A stretch of DNA of 64,000 nucleotides, from contig OX597820.1 in assembly GCA_951406725.2 (NCBI GenBank), positions 20,894,001 to 20,958,000 on the forward strand, written 5' to 3'. This DNA comes from Octopus vulgaris (taxonomy: Eukaryota). Within the stretch, counting starts at the first letter, position 1. The number at the start of each line of letters is the position of its first letter. Position numbers and translations under genes: made by a program. Below, piece by piece: positions 27,721 through 39,279 of the stretch. Under the pieces are notes generated by a model. It ran no database searches. It was not told the origin of the DNA and saw only the letters and a list, made by a program, of their open reading frames with translations.

Positions 27721-28632
27721 CAGGGTGGACCAAAATGATCTGACATATTTGGAGGCACAAAATAAGGAATAATGAAAAGAAAAATTTTATTTTCTGAATG
27801 TACATATAATGCCATTTTATATCATTAAGTTTTAAAAATTAAATCAGCTAAATGCTTCCCATCTTTGTCAACACACTGTTGGAGACGTTCATGAAAGTTA
27901 TCGATAACTCTATGGATCATTTCTTCTGGAAGGGTTGCTATTTCTACACAAATTGCACATTTTAATTCATCAATAGATCGAGGGAGATGACTGAATACTT
28001 TTGATTTTAAATATCCCCACAAGAAGAAATCCCATTTAACCATTCCAGAAGAAATGATCCATAGATATATCGATAACTTTCATGAACGTCTCCAACAGTG
28101 TGTTGACAATGACGGGAAGCATTTAGCTGATTTAATTTTTAAAACTTAATGAAATAAAATGGCATTATATGTAATAAATATCAAATGGAAATTGTAGTTA
28201 TGATAGCTGTGCCGGTGGCACGTAAAAAGCACCATCCGAACATGACCGATGCCAGTGTCGCCTTGACTGGCTTCTGTGCCGGTGGTACGTAAAAAGCACC
28301 AACCGATCATGGCCGCTGCCAGCCTCCCCTGGCACTTGTGCCAGTGGCATGTAAAAAGCACCCACTACACTCACGGAGTGGTTGGCATTAGGAAGGGCAT
28401 CCAGCTGTAGAAACACTGCCAGATCAGACTGGAGCCTGGTGCAGCCTCCTGGCTTCCCAGACCTTGGTCGAACCATCCAACCCGTGCTAGAACAGAAAAC
28501 GGACATTAAACGATGATGATGATGATGATGATGATGATGTACATTCAGAAAATAAAATTTTTCTTTTCATTATTTCTTATTTTGGGCTTTTATTAAGCCT
28601 CCAAATGTGTCAGATCATTTTGGTTCACCCTG
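27721..28632. mobile_element. Tc1/mariner foldback made of two 3' ends, with a SINE inserted in the right arm
   Basis: TIR cagggtggaccaaaatgatc at both ends. Transposase C-terminus DFFLWGYLKSKV...FHERLQQC..GKHLADLIFKT at 27825-28035 (-), partly re-copied on + from about 28043. Confidence 0.8.
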
Positions 28633-30450
28633 TATAATGCTAGTCAGAATTTATAATAGCAACAAGATGTCTGAAGAATTTTTATCTTTATTGATGACAA
28701 CTGGTTCATGTTTCGGTAAAAAGGGTATATCATTTGATACATATGAAAAGTGAAGACATGTGTTATTTGTTATTATATTTGGCCTCAGGTCAGCAGCTGT
28801 TATCAAGAATTCTTGTAATCATAGGCATTCCAAATACGATCATCCTGTCTTTTAGTCAAATGGTTATCTAAGTTTACATCAGTCAATGTACTGTAAATAC
28901 TTTTGAAGATATCAGTGAGCATTGAGAATGATTTAGTTGTTAGTTTAACCAGGTCAAGTAACATAGGCTTATGTAGTAGCACATAGTTTGCTGGGAAGAA
29001 CCAGGTAGTCTGTGGCAATTTTCAGAAAGAAAAGATGTATCATTTGATATATTTTTTTGTTTTTACTTGCTTCAGTCATTAGACTGTGGCCATGCTGGGG
29101 CACTGCCTTGAGAGAGTCTATTATTTGTATGATTTACTAATGGGAAAAGAATTATTTGCTCTGATGATCGCAAACTGAGCATCTATTTTATTCTTTTATT
29201 TTTTTTATTTGTTTCAGTCATTTGACTGTGGTCATGCTGGAGCACCGCCTTTAATCGAGCAAATCGACCCCCAGGACTTATTCTATCAGTCTCTTTTGCT
29301 GAACCACTAAGTCACGGGGACGTAAACACACCAGCATTGGTTGTCAAGCAATGTTGTGGGGACAAACACAGACACAGAAACATACACACACGCACACATG
29401 TATGTGTGTGTGTATATATATATAAGTATATATATACAACAGGCTTCTTAAAGTTTCCGTCTACCAAATCTCCTCTCACAAGGCTCTGGTTGGCTTGAGG
29501 CTATAGTAGAAGACACTTGCCCGAGGTGCCAATGCAGTGGGACTGAACCCGGAACCATGTGGTTCATAAGCAAGCTATTTACCACAGCCACTCCTGCACA
29601 AAATTGTTAAACACATTAGAAAAACTATTTTGTTTAGATAAGATTATTAATTTACACTCTGTCAGTTACGAGGATAAGGGTTCCAGTTGATTCACTCAGC
29701 TGAACAGCCTGCTCAGGAATTTAAAGTCCAAGTGGTTGAGTACTCCACAGACCAGTGTACCCTTAAAATAGTTCTCAGGTAGATTCAGTGTGACACAGAA
29801 TGTGACTAAGCTGGCCCTCTGTAACATGGGTACAACTCATTTCTATAGCCGAGTGGACTGGAGCAATGTGAGATAAAGTGCCTTGCTCAAGGACACAACA
29901 TACAACAAGGTATTGAACTCATGACCTTAGGATCACGAGCCAAATACTGTAACCACTTAGTCATGTGTCTTCACCAAATAAAACTATTAAACACATAAAT
30001 AAAAATGTTAAGTTTAGTTCGTTGCCAGCCTCACCTGGCCCCCGTGCCGGTGGCACGTAAAAGCACCATCCGTTCGTGGCCGTTTGCCAGCTCTGTCTGG
30101 CACCTGTGCAGGTGGCACGAAAAAAGCACCCACTACACTCACAGAGTGGTTGGCGTTAGGAAGGGCATCCAGCCGTAGAAACACTGCCAGATCTGACTGG
30201 GCCTGATGAAGCCTTCCGGCTTCACAGACCCCAGTTGAACCGTCCAACCCATGCTAGCATGGAAAATGGACGCTAAATGATGATGATGATGATTGCTATA
30301 ATTGAAATAGAGAAACAGAATGAGAAAGTAATTATTCTTTTTAATATATTTTCTCTAGGATTGGAAAAAAATTAGGAAGCGTGTATATATGAATTCAGAT
30401 TGAAAATTCTGTTACATATTTCTAAATTAATACCATATTAATCTCAAGAT

Positions 30451-30896
30451 TTAACCCTTTCTTTACCAACCCGGCTGAAACCGGCTCTAGCTCTGAGTAC
30501 AAATATCTTGTTTACCAAACCATAGTCACAATTTATGTTCCTAACACCAGCTTAATGATAACTAAGTAATTTTACTAAATTCTTTGTTATATTTAAAATT
30601 AATTGAAAGGAACTCAGAGCATCTCAACAGAAATATGGTAACAAAAGGGTTAAAATATATAATAGAGAAACAATTCTTAACCCTTTTGTTACCAGCCTGG
30701 CTGAAACTGCCTAGTACAAATGTCTTGTTTTCAAAAGTCCTGAATTAAGATCTTCCACCAAACCTTAGTCACAATTTATGTTCCTAACACTAGCTTAATG
30801 ATAACTAAGTTATTTTACTAAATTCTTTGTTATATTTAAAATTAATTAAAAAGAACACAGAACATCACAAAATAAATACAGTAACAAAAGGGTTAA
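30451..30896 (+). mobile_element. piggyBac-type MITE dimer
   Basis: Two TTAA-CCCTTT...AAAGGG-TTAA units with spacer aatatataatagagaaacaattc. Confidence 0.78.
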
Positions 30897-33085
30897 GAGA
30901 TTTTTCTCATATGTTGAATATTATGCTATGTTATTGTTGTTGTTGTTAATAAAAACAAACTATGATTACAAAACTTATTATACAGAACAAGATTTCTAAT
31001 TGAAAATTTGAATTGTACCTTCACGAAGATTCAAATATTTAATCCAAGGCCTGCAATGAATACACAGTAAATAACTAAATACATAAACATACTGGTCTGT
31101 ATATATATATGACAACCTTTCCTTGTGATTCAACATTTTTGTGTTTATTTTTTTTCAATTTATCAAGAGTTTTTTTTTTTCGTTTCTCCCTTATCATCAA
31201 CTACATATGTATACATTTTGGTGAGAAATGTTTCTTGAATTAAAATATTAATTCTTTGTCCATCAAATTAGCAAGTAAAATATTGTGCATTTGAACGAGA
31301 CAATAAAAGACTACGCTTAAATCAGAAAATATAAACACATGTTATGTATAACAGAATGTACAGAAAATACACTTTAAAAATACATGGTAGGTCAAATACT
31401 ACTAAGAAATACTAAGTGTTTTCTTGTTTTCTCTTGCGTGTGAGAGCCAGCTTCTGAAGTACTTATCAGTAACCAAAAGTTTTAGAATTCAAACAAATTG
31501 TTACTATGACAACCAGTAACCTAAATATCCCTGTATAGACTTATTCTCCCAAAAGAAACAAGTGGGCTACTTTTGTCTGTAGGAACACTGAATTGTAGAA
31601 ATCTAAAAAATCAGGCTAAAGCACGTAAAACTTATTCATCGGGCTGCAATATTTACATGCCATATTAAGCATGAAAACGAAAAAAAAAAAGTATTAAAGA
31701 AAGTTTAGTAGGTTTCATATTTATAATGTTTGCACAAGAAAGAAACAAGTGGTCCTACTAGTTACAAAGGGTGTTTTTTTACAGCTCTTAAAATAGACAT
31801 TAAGGGAAAATTTATATATATATACATTTCTGTATTGAGGGTGTTTTCTCATAGCATGAAAGGAGACTTATTTTATATGGCTTTCATTTCAACGGCATGG
31901 AACAAAAAGACAATATCTTTATGTCAAATATATGTTTATATCTTAATATTTCTCATAATCAGTACAGCATAAATCTATGTCAATTATGATTTCTTTTGTT
32001 GAAGCACAAGGCCAAATTTTTTTTTAGGGGAAATGCACAAGTGATTATATCTACACTAGTCTTCACCTGTTTCCAAGCCAGGTAATATTCCACCCCACCA
32101 TCGCCAGACATGATTTTCACTGGAAACAAACAACCTGGCTTGTATGAGGGTGATGCTTGTTTACAACCAGTACATGATGTCTAAACAATGGTACACACAA
32201 ATACATACACAAGTACACAAATACACACACACACATACATAGATACATACATACATACATGTATATGACAAGCCTCATTCAGTTTCATCATCATCATCAT
32301 CATCGTTTAACGTCCGTTCTCCATGCTAGCATGGGTTGGACGGTTCGACCGGGGATCTGGGAAGCCAGAAGGCTGCACCAGGCTCCAGTCTTATCTGGCA
32401 GTGTTTCTACAGCTGGATGCCCTTCCTAATGCCAACCACTCCGTGAGTGTAGTGGGTACTTTTTACGTGCCACCTGCACTGGTGTCAGGCGAGGCTGGCA
32501 TCGGCCACGGTCGGATTGGTGCATTTTTCGTGCCACCTGCACGGAAGCCAGTCGAGGCGGCACTGGCTTCGGCCACGATTCGGATGGTGCTTTTTACGTG
32601 CCACCGACACAGAAGCCAGTTTATGTCAAACAAATCCATTCACAAGGTCTTGAGTGGCCCAGGAGTATATTAGATGACACTTGCCCAAGGTACCACTCAA
32701 TGGGACTGAACCAAAGATCACGTGGTTGGAAAGCAAGCTTCTTAACCACACAGCCACACTTGTTAAAAAACAGACAAACAAAAAGAAAAAACAAACAAAC
32801 AATATTTTTAATCTGGCTGTTTACCTCTTAGAGCTCTTCCGGCAACAAGAGTGTGATACCAGATGTGTATCAACTCTTGTGAGGGACACTTGTGGTACTG
32901 CAAGTGAGTTTGAAGTGCTTGAGCAATTGAGAATTTTTCGCTCAACATTATACAAAGTACAATGTTTAGTAAAATATAACAGGGTTTTGGTAGGATTCAA
33001 ATTTAGAATTCAGTTCTTATTCGGTACTTTTGTATTTGAGTAGATGGGGAATATACATTGAATGAACTACTGCTGTTTCCATTTA

Positions 33086-33599
33086 CTAATCTAAAGTCCA
33101 ACTCCTCTTCAAAGCGGTATGGTGGTGTAAACAGGCAGTGTCAGAGCTATGCCATCGGGAACTTCAGTTCCTGGTAGGGCCACCCAAGGCAGATTGGTCT
33201 GGCACCGAGCAGTATTAGAGCCACAGCCAGGCCAATGGGGCTCTGGTGAAAATTCCAAGAGGCATCTGATCAGCAACCGGCGGCTTCAAGGTCATTCTGT
33301 CCCTGCGTCTGTGGAAATTCCATGGCAAACAGGGATATGCATGCAGGATGTCGGGGACCGCTTGTGAATTCAATATTCCCACGAAACTTCAATGAATCCT
33401 ACTATGAATACGAACTATCTACTTCAGGTCCACAGGTGGTCGGTCTGCGCAGATGGAACCGCGAATGGCTTGCTATCTCCAGTGACCTCGCACAGGACCG
33501 TTGAGCGTGGGCCTCCATGGTTCATGATGCCGTTAGGACCAGAGAAGAAGCCAGCTCAACCCACCCTGGGTGAACGCCGCCACAAGTACAAGTAAGTAA
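33086..33599 (+). mobile_element. Internally deleted (bipartite) RTE-clade element
   Basis: 11-bp TSD gtttccattta (33075-33085 and 33600-33610). RTE-like 5' UTR motif gagctatgcc..cctggtagggccaccc, RT C-terminal remnant (W..SDLAQDR..W), and tail caagtacaagtaagtaag. Confidence 0.65.
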
Positions 33600-33819
33600 G
33601 TTTCCATTTATCAAATAAAATGAACAAACCAAGATATACATGGATTATAATGGGGAAAAAAAAATCTCCTGAGCTTAGATGAAAAGGACAAAATAATGCA
33701 AAATTGATCATGAAAGCAAATTATATTTAGCTCTTTTATCTTTTACTTGTTGCACACACTGGACTGCAGCCATGCTGGAGCACCACCTCGAAGGGTTTAT
33801 TTGAACAGATTGACCCAAT

Positions 33820-34105
33820 TATTTACATTATTTACATTCGACGGATATTTGTCCTCATCTTGTTTGTTGCTAACACAACATTTCGGCTGATATACCTTCT
33901 GGCTTTCTTCAGGTGTCTTGGGGAAATTTCGAACCTGGGTTCTCATTCCTCAGGTATTCTTTGATGTTATTATTATTATCATTAATTATTATTATTATTA
34001 TTATTATCATTATTATTGTTCAGGTCACAGCTTGGAATTGAACTCGGAATTTTGGGATTAGAAGCCTGCGCTCGTAACCACCACGCCACATGCCCGTGGG
34101 CATAT
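33820..34105 (-). mobile_element. Third copy of the tRNA-headed hammerhead element, inserted inside a SINE
   Basis: Same body as 18578-18880. Hammerhead remnant gacac CTGAAGA ... cagcc GAAA tg TT gtgtt at 33872-33917. Confidence 0.7.
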
Positions 34106-35496
34106 AGAACAGTAGATTGACCCAAGTATTCATTTTTAAATCAGGTACTAATTCTATCGGTCTATTTTCCTGAACTGCTAGATTACAGGGACATAAACAA
34201 ACCAACAGCAGTTGTCAAGCAGTGGTAGGGACACACACACACGACAGGCTACCCACAGAGTTTCTGCTGACCTGGAGCTATATACTAGAAGACACTTGCA
34301 CAAGATACCGTGCAGCGGAACTGAACCCAGAACCACATGGTTGCAAAGCAAGCATTTTAACCACAAAGCCATGCTTGCACCAATTTATTCATAATCATTT
34401 TGTAATTCAAAACACACCAACATTTTTAAACCAGTTCTTTTCAAGTAAATAAATAAGTTTCTATGAGCTTGTTTCCCATGCTAAAAATAGCAGTTAAATC
34501 TTCTTCAAATCATACCCTACAGTCACATGAAAATTCAGCTGTTAGACCAACCAGCCTATCAGGCTCATCGAATTAGCATAAACGTGGCTGAGTATTCCAC
34601 AGATATTTATATCCTTCATGCAGGTCTCAGGTAGAATCAGTAGAGTACACTGTGATGAGGCTGAACATTTCAATTAGGTACAATCTACGTGATGAGTTAC
34701 CATTGTAAATTCTGTATCTTCAATTTTTACTCAAGAGCCGAGAGAAAATAATGGCTTTTGCTCAAAATGTTATGCTGTGGGATCGAACCTGAGACCTTGT
34801 AATTGCAAAGCGAACTTTTTAACCATTCATCCATGTTGTACGCAAGACATTTATAAAGGTACTGAAAAAGGGTGCATTGTATAATCTTTTACTCTTTTAC
34901 TTGTTTCAGTTATTTGACTGCGGCCATGCTGGAGCAGTGCCTTTAGTCAAGCAAATCAACCCCAGGACTTATTCTTTGTAAGCCCAGTACTTATTCTATC
35001 AGTCTCTTTTGCCAAACTGCTAAGTTACAGGGACGTAAACACACCAGCATCGGTTGTCACAGGGGCCAGAGGAGGCTGGAAATGGCCACGATCAGTTAGT
35101 GCTTTTTACGTGCCGCTTATAGATGATATTCTTTTACATAACTGCATCCATGCAGGGGCACCCCCTTAAAGGGTTATAGTCAAAGAAATCGACCCCAGGA
35201 CTTATTCTTTGCGCCAAACTGCTAAGTTACAGGGACATAAACACATCAGCATCAGTTGTCAAGCAATGGTGGGGTGAACAAACACAGACACAAAGACACA
35301 CATACATAAATATATACATATATATATATGACAGGCTTCTTTCAGTTTCCGTTTACCAAATCCACTCATAAGGCTCTGGTCGGCCCAAGGTTATAGCAGA
35401 AGACAACTGCTCGAAGTGCCACGCAGTAGGACTGAACCCAGAATCATATGGTTGGGAAGCAATCTGCCTGTGCCAATAGAAATATCTCCAGCCTAC

Positions 35497-35587
35497 CTTA
35501 TTGAGTATTGCTTCTTTTTCTTGTTTAATCTGGTATTCCATTTCCTCATAAAGTTTGGTTACTTCATCATCACATTTAATTGTTTTC
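35497..35587 (-). CDS. CRACR2A: CRACR2A-like exon B (91 nt, phase 2/0): KTIKCDDEVTKLYEEMEYQIKQEKEAILNK
   Basis: Acceptor ttcaaattgcag and donor AAG|GTAGGC. Contains the LYEEME.QIK.EKE motif typical of CRACR2A/B. Confidence 0.9.
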
Positions 35588-36014
35588 CTGCAATTTGAAA
35601 GTGAAACAAGAACATGTAAAAGAACAGAAAATATAGGTTGTACTGATGAACTGTCTTAGGAGTATTCTAATTATTTCTATGATACATTCATTTGTGTGTG
35701 TGTGTGTGTTTGTGTGTGTATGTATATACATACATGTATGTATGTATGTATGTATGTATATGTGCATATATATATGTATATATGTCTAGTCACAGAAACC
35801 TAGTGCAGGTTTCTGCCCGGCTGGCTCTTGTGAAACCATCCCACCCATGCTAGCAGGGAAGGTGGACATTAAACAATGATGATGATGATGCATGAATGTG
35901 TGATAAATATATATATATATATAAAGTTAATCCAAACATGAAAACACAACAACGTGAGGACGTGGAACAAGTATAGTGTCATTAGACGCTCAGGAAAGAA
36001 AAGAAAGAAGGAGG

Positions 36015-36049
36015 ATTTAACGTTTCGAGCGGAGCTCTTCATCAGAAAC
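36015..36049 (-). ncRNA. Minimal type-I hammerhead ribozyme, canonical C3:G8 core
   Basis: gttt CUGAUGA a gagc-tcc-gctc GAAA cg UU aaat, with palindromic AACGUU. A mutated inverted copy lies at 36700-36734 (+). Confidence 0.72.
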
Positions 36050-36121
36050 ATAGGAAAAGGAAAGATCCAAGGAAGGGAAGACGGAAAAAAAAAAAATCGC
36101 CAACAATACACACACGGTCAC

Positions 36122-36176
<55 letters not shown>

Positions 36177-36236
36177 CTACTTATTTATCTAAAATCACCA
36201 CAATTGTTTTGACACATTGTTACTCTCTTATGCCAA

Positions 36237-36330
36237 TAAGCCACTCCTATGCCTACAAGCCTCTCCTACTCTTATAAGCCACTCCTATGCCTATAAGCCA
36301 CTCCTATGCCTATAAACCACTCCTATGCCT
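36237..36330. repeat. 19-bp minisatellite x5 (taagccactcctatgccta)
   Basis: Direct repeats; the unit is the reverse complement of the 5' end of the major SINE. Confidence 0.8.
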
Positions 36331-36839
36331 CATTGAATACTGTGTTGCCTGTATCGATATTTTATGATTTGTAACAAAAATGTTAGCTGCAGCTATTTGG
36401 TTCTTCTTGAAGACCAATTTTGATATATTCTCTCTGTCTGTTTCTGCTTATTTTGGCATTTGTGTGGCATGCCATTACACTTTTCTGACTTATTCTTTGT
36501 AGGTCTAGTACTTATTCTATCGGTCTTTTTTGCCCAACTGCTAAGCTTCAGGGTCATAAACACACCAACATCAGTTGTCAAGTGACGGTGGGGGGACAAG
36601 CACAGACACACAAATACATACATACATATGTGACCGTGTGTGTATCGTTCGCGATTTTTTTCCTCCATCTTCCCTTCCTTGGACCTTTCCTTTTTCTATG
36701 TTTCTGATGAAGACCTCCACTCGAAACGTTAAATCCTCCTTCTTTCTTTCCTTTCCTGAGCTTCCAATAACACTATACTTGTTCCACGTCCTTGCATGGT
36801 TGTGTTTTCTATTTTCATGTTTGGATTAACTATATATAT

Positions 36840-37286
36840 GTGCCGGTGGCACATAAAAAGCACTATCCGAACGTGGCCGATGCCAGCGCCGCCCCGACTG
36901 GCTTCTGTGCCGGTGACACATAAAAAGCACCATCCGAACGTGGCCGATGCCAGCGCCGCTCCAACTGGCTTCTATGCCGGTGGCACATAAAGAGCACCAT
37001 CCGAACGTTGCCAGCGCCGCCTTGGCTGGCTTCCGTGCCGCTGGCACGTTAAAAGCTCCAACCAATCGTGGCCGATGCCAGACCCCCCCCTGGCACCTGT
37101 GCAGGTGGCACGTAAAAAGCACCCACTACACTCGCGGAGTGGTTGGCGTTAGGAAGGGCATCCAGCCGTAGAAACTCTGCTAGATCAGACTGGAGCCTGG
37201 AGCAGCCCCTGGCTTGCCAGACCCCGGTCGAACCGTCCAACCCATGCTAGTGTGGAAAACGGATGTTAAACGATGATGATGATGAT
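36840..37286 (+). mobile_element. RTE-tailed SINE-like element (family B) with five 5' tandem modules and a (GAT)n tail
   Basis: Core ggttggcgttaggaagggcatccagc. Other copies at about 812-1070(-), 12751-13090(-), 26340-26750, 28181-28538, 30017-30292, 32286-32620(-), 46330-46890(-, two), 57170-57420(-), 59160-59410, 62520-62958 and 63060-63311. Confidence 0.82.
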
Positions 37287-37509
37287 ATACACTAACATAC
37301 ACATATATATATATATACATACATAAACAACGGGCTTCATTCAGTTTTCATCTACCAAATCCACTCACAAAGCTTTAGTCAGCCCAAGACTATAGTAGAA
37401 GACACTTGCCCAAGGTGCCACACAGTGGGACTGAACCCAGAACCATGTAGTTGGGAATCAAGCTTCTTACCACACAGTCACGCCTATAAATATTGTTCAT
37501 ATATATATA

Positions 37510-37985
37510 TCTCTTATTATAAAAGGCAGATTTTATCTGCCTCTCTTTGGGAGTTATACAAATCTACAATATAGGATTTCTTCAATTACAATTTACCTTG
37601 CATTTTTAAGAGTACAATGCATCGCGTCATGCCAGGTCCAGTTTTTAAAATTTAAACTCCAATTAAGCAAAATTTACAGAAAACTCACATTCTGGTGTGT
37701 GTGTCAAATGCTTTTCTTAGTCTGGTTTACAGCACACGCAAACGCACACACACAGTGGGCAACGAATAAAATGAAAGTAATTGACTTACTGTAGTGAGTG
37801 ATTCTTTCACTCTGCCTCCCACTTCCTCTTTCAACACATAGACACGCAAATATATAAATAAAATTGTAAGCTAACGTGCGTGTGAGTGGGTGTGTGTGGG
37901 TGTGCGCGTGTGTGTGTGTGTGAGGGTGCGTGTGTGTCTGTGCGTGTGCGTGAGTGTGTGACAGGAAAGTTTTTTACGACGAATA
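37510..37985 (+). mobile_element. Probable Helitron 5' portion
   Basis: Starts A|TCTCTTATTATAAAAG; no 3' CTAG end found. Confidence 0.4.
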
Positions 37986-38009
37986 TAACACCTATATCCA
38001 AGTAGCAGA

Positions 38010-38490
38010 AAGATAAGACAGTAAGGTGTGATTTGAGGGAGATTTGGCTGCTATTTCTACCATGTCTAGCTGCCATGTAGGGGTCTCCCTCATAGGCTCA
38101 TACATACATATATACATAGATAAGACAGTAAGGTGTGATTTGGGGGAAATTTGGCTGCTATTTCTACCAGGTCTAGCTGCCATGTAGGGGTCTCCCTCAT
38201 AGGCTCATACATACATATATACATAGATAAGACAGTAAGGTGTGATTTTGGGGAAATTTGGCTGCTATTTCTACCAGGTCTAGCTGCCATGTAGGGGTCT
38301 CCCTCATAGGCTCATACATACATATATACATAGATAAGACAGTAAGGTGTGATTTGGGGGAAATTTGGCTGCTATTTTTACCAGGTCTAGCTACCATGTA
38401 GAGGTCCCCCTCATTGGCTCATATATATATACATACATAAGACAGTAAGGTGTGATTTGAGGGAGATTTGGCTGCTGTTTCTACCAGGTC
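38010..38490. repeat. Tandem repeat, 107-bp unit, about 4.5 copies
   Basis: agataagacagtaaggtgtgatttg... recurs every 107 bp; four near-identical ORFs at the same spacing. Confidence 0.9.
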
Positions 38491-38856
38491 TGTTAGGCCT
38501 TCTCATGTAAACTCAAGCTTTCTCATGCCTTGAACATAAGACCAAAGCAGAGAATGTATTCTTTTATTCTTCTGCTTTTTCCAGCCATTGGTCTGTGGCC
38601 ATGCTGGGGCAATGCCTTGAAGAATTGTAGTTTAATGAATCAACTCGTTTTATTTTTGTAAGCATTGTACTTATTCTATCTGTTTCCTTTGTCAAACCAC
38701 TAGGTGACAGGGATGTAAACAAACCAACATTCGTTGTCAAGCAGTGGTGGAGGACAATCACAAGCACAGACACGCACACACACACACACATACATGCATA
38801 CACATATACACACATACATACATACATACATATATATATATGTGTGTATATATATA

Positions 38857-39175
38857 TTGCAGCGTGGAAGGTGTTTGTAAGCCATTTAAGAAACACACAA
38901 AAACCGTTACATTCACTTCAACATTTAAATTTAATTTGCCAAAATATTTTCGTCGCTTTGAGACCGCGACCTGTTCACTGACAAAAATATCGTGCTAACA
39001 GGTTGCGGTCTCAAAGCGATGAAAATATTTTGACAAATTAAATTTAAATGTTGAAGTGAATCTAACGGTTTTTGTGTGTTTCTTAAATGGCTTATAAACA
39101 CCTTCAACGCTGCAACTGTTTTCGTTCCAGCACACAATCTCAGATCAAGTCACTTGCTATGCAAGTACATCTCTG
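38857..39175. mobile_element. Penelope-like inverted-repeat element (G3:C8 hammerhead family)
   Basis: About 125-bp near-perfect inverted arms centred near 38990, flanked by TA repeats. Confidence 0.72.
38935..38985 (-). ncRNA. Minimal type-I hammerhead ribozyme, G3:C8 core variant
   Basis: tttgtca GUGAACA g gtcgc-ggtctcaaa-gcgac GAAA auau UU tggcaaa. 7-bp stem I, 5-bp stem II, palindromic AAUAUU helix III. Confidence 0.72.
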
Positions 39176-39216
<41 letters not shown>

Positions 39217-39279
39217 TGGTAAAAACAGTAAGATAACAAAAGAAAGAAAGAGACCTCAATATTATGTAAATAGAGGAAA

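Larger units (their letters stand above)
35925..36832. mobile_element. Pair of oppositely oriented ~200-bp hammerhead-bearing elements (35925-36124 and 36628-36832)
   Basis: The two segments are reverse complements; each abuts (TA)n. Confidence 0.7.

Noticed and set aside
36840-37125. CRISPR-like or pistol-ribozyme-like appearance of the 61-67-nt repeats
   Set aside because: The 'spacers' are homologous to each other, there are no cas genes and the context is eukaryotic. The P2/P3 helices and GU cleavage junction of pistol are absent.
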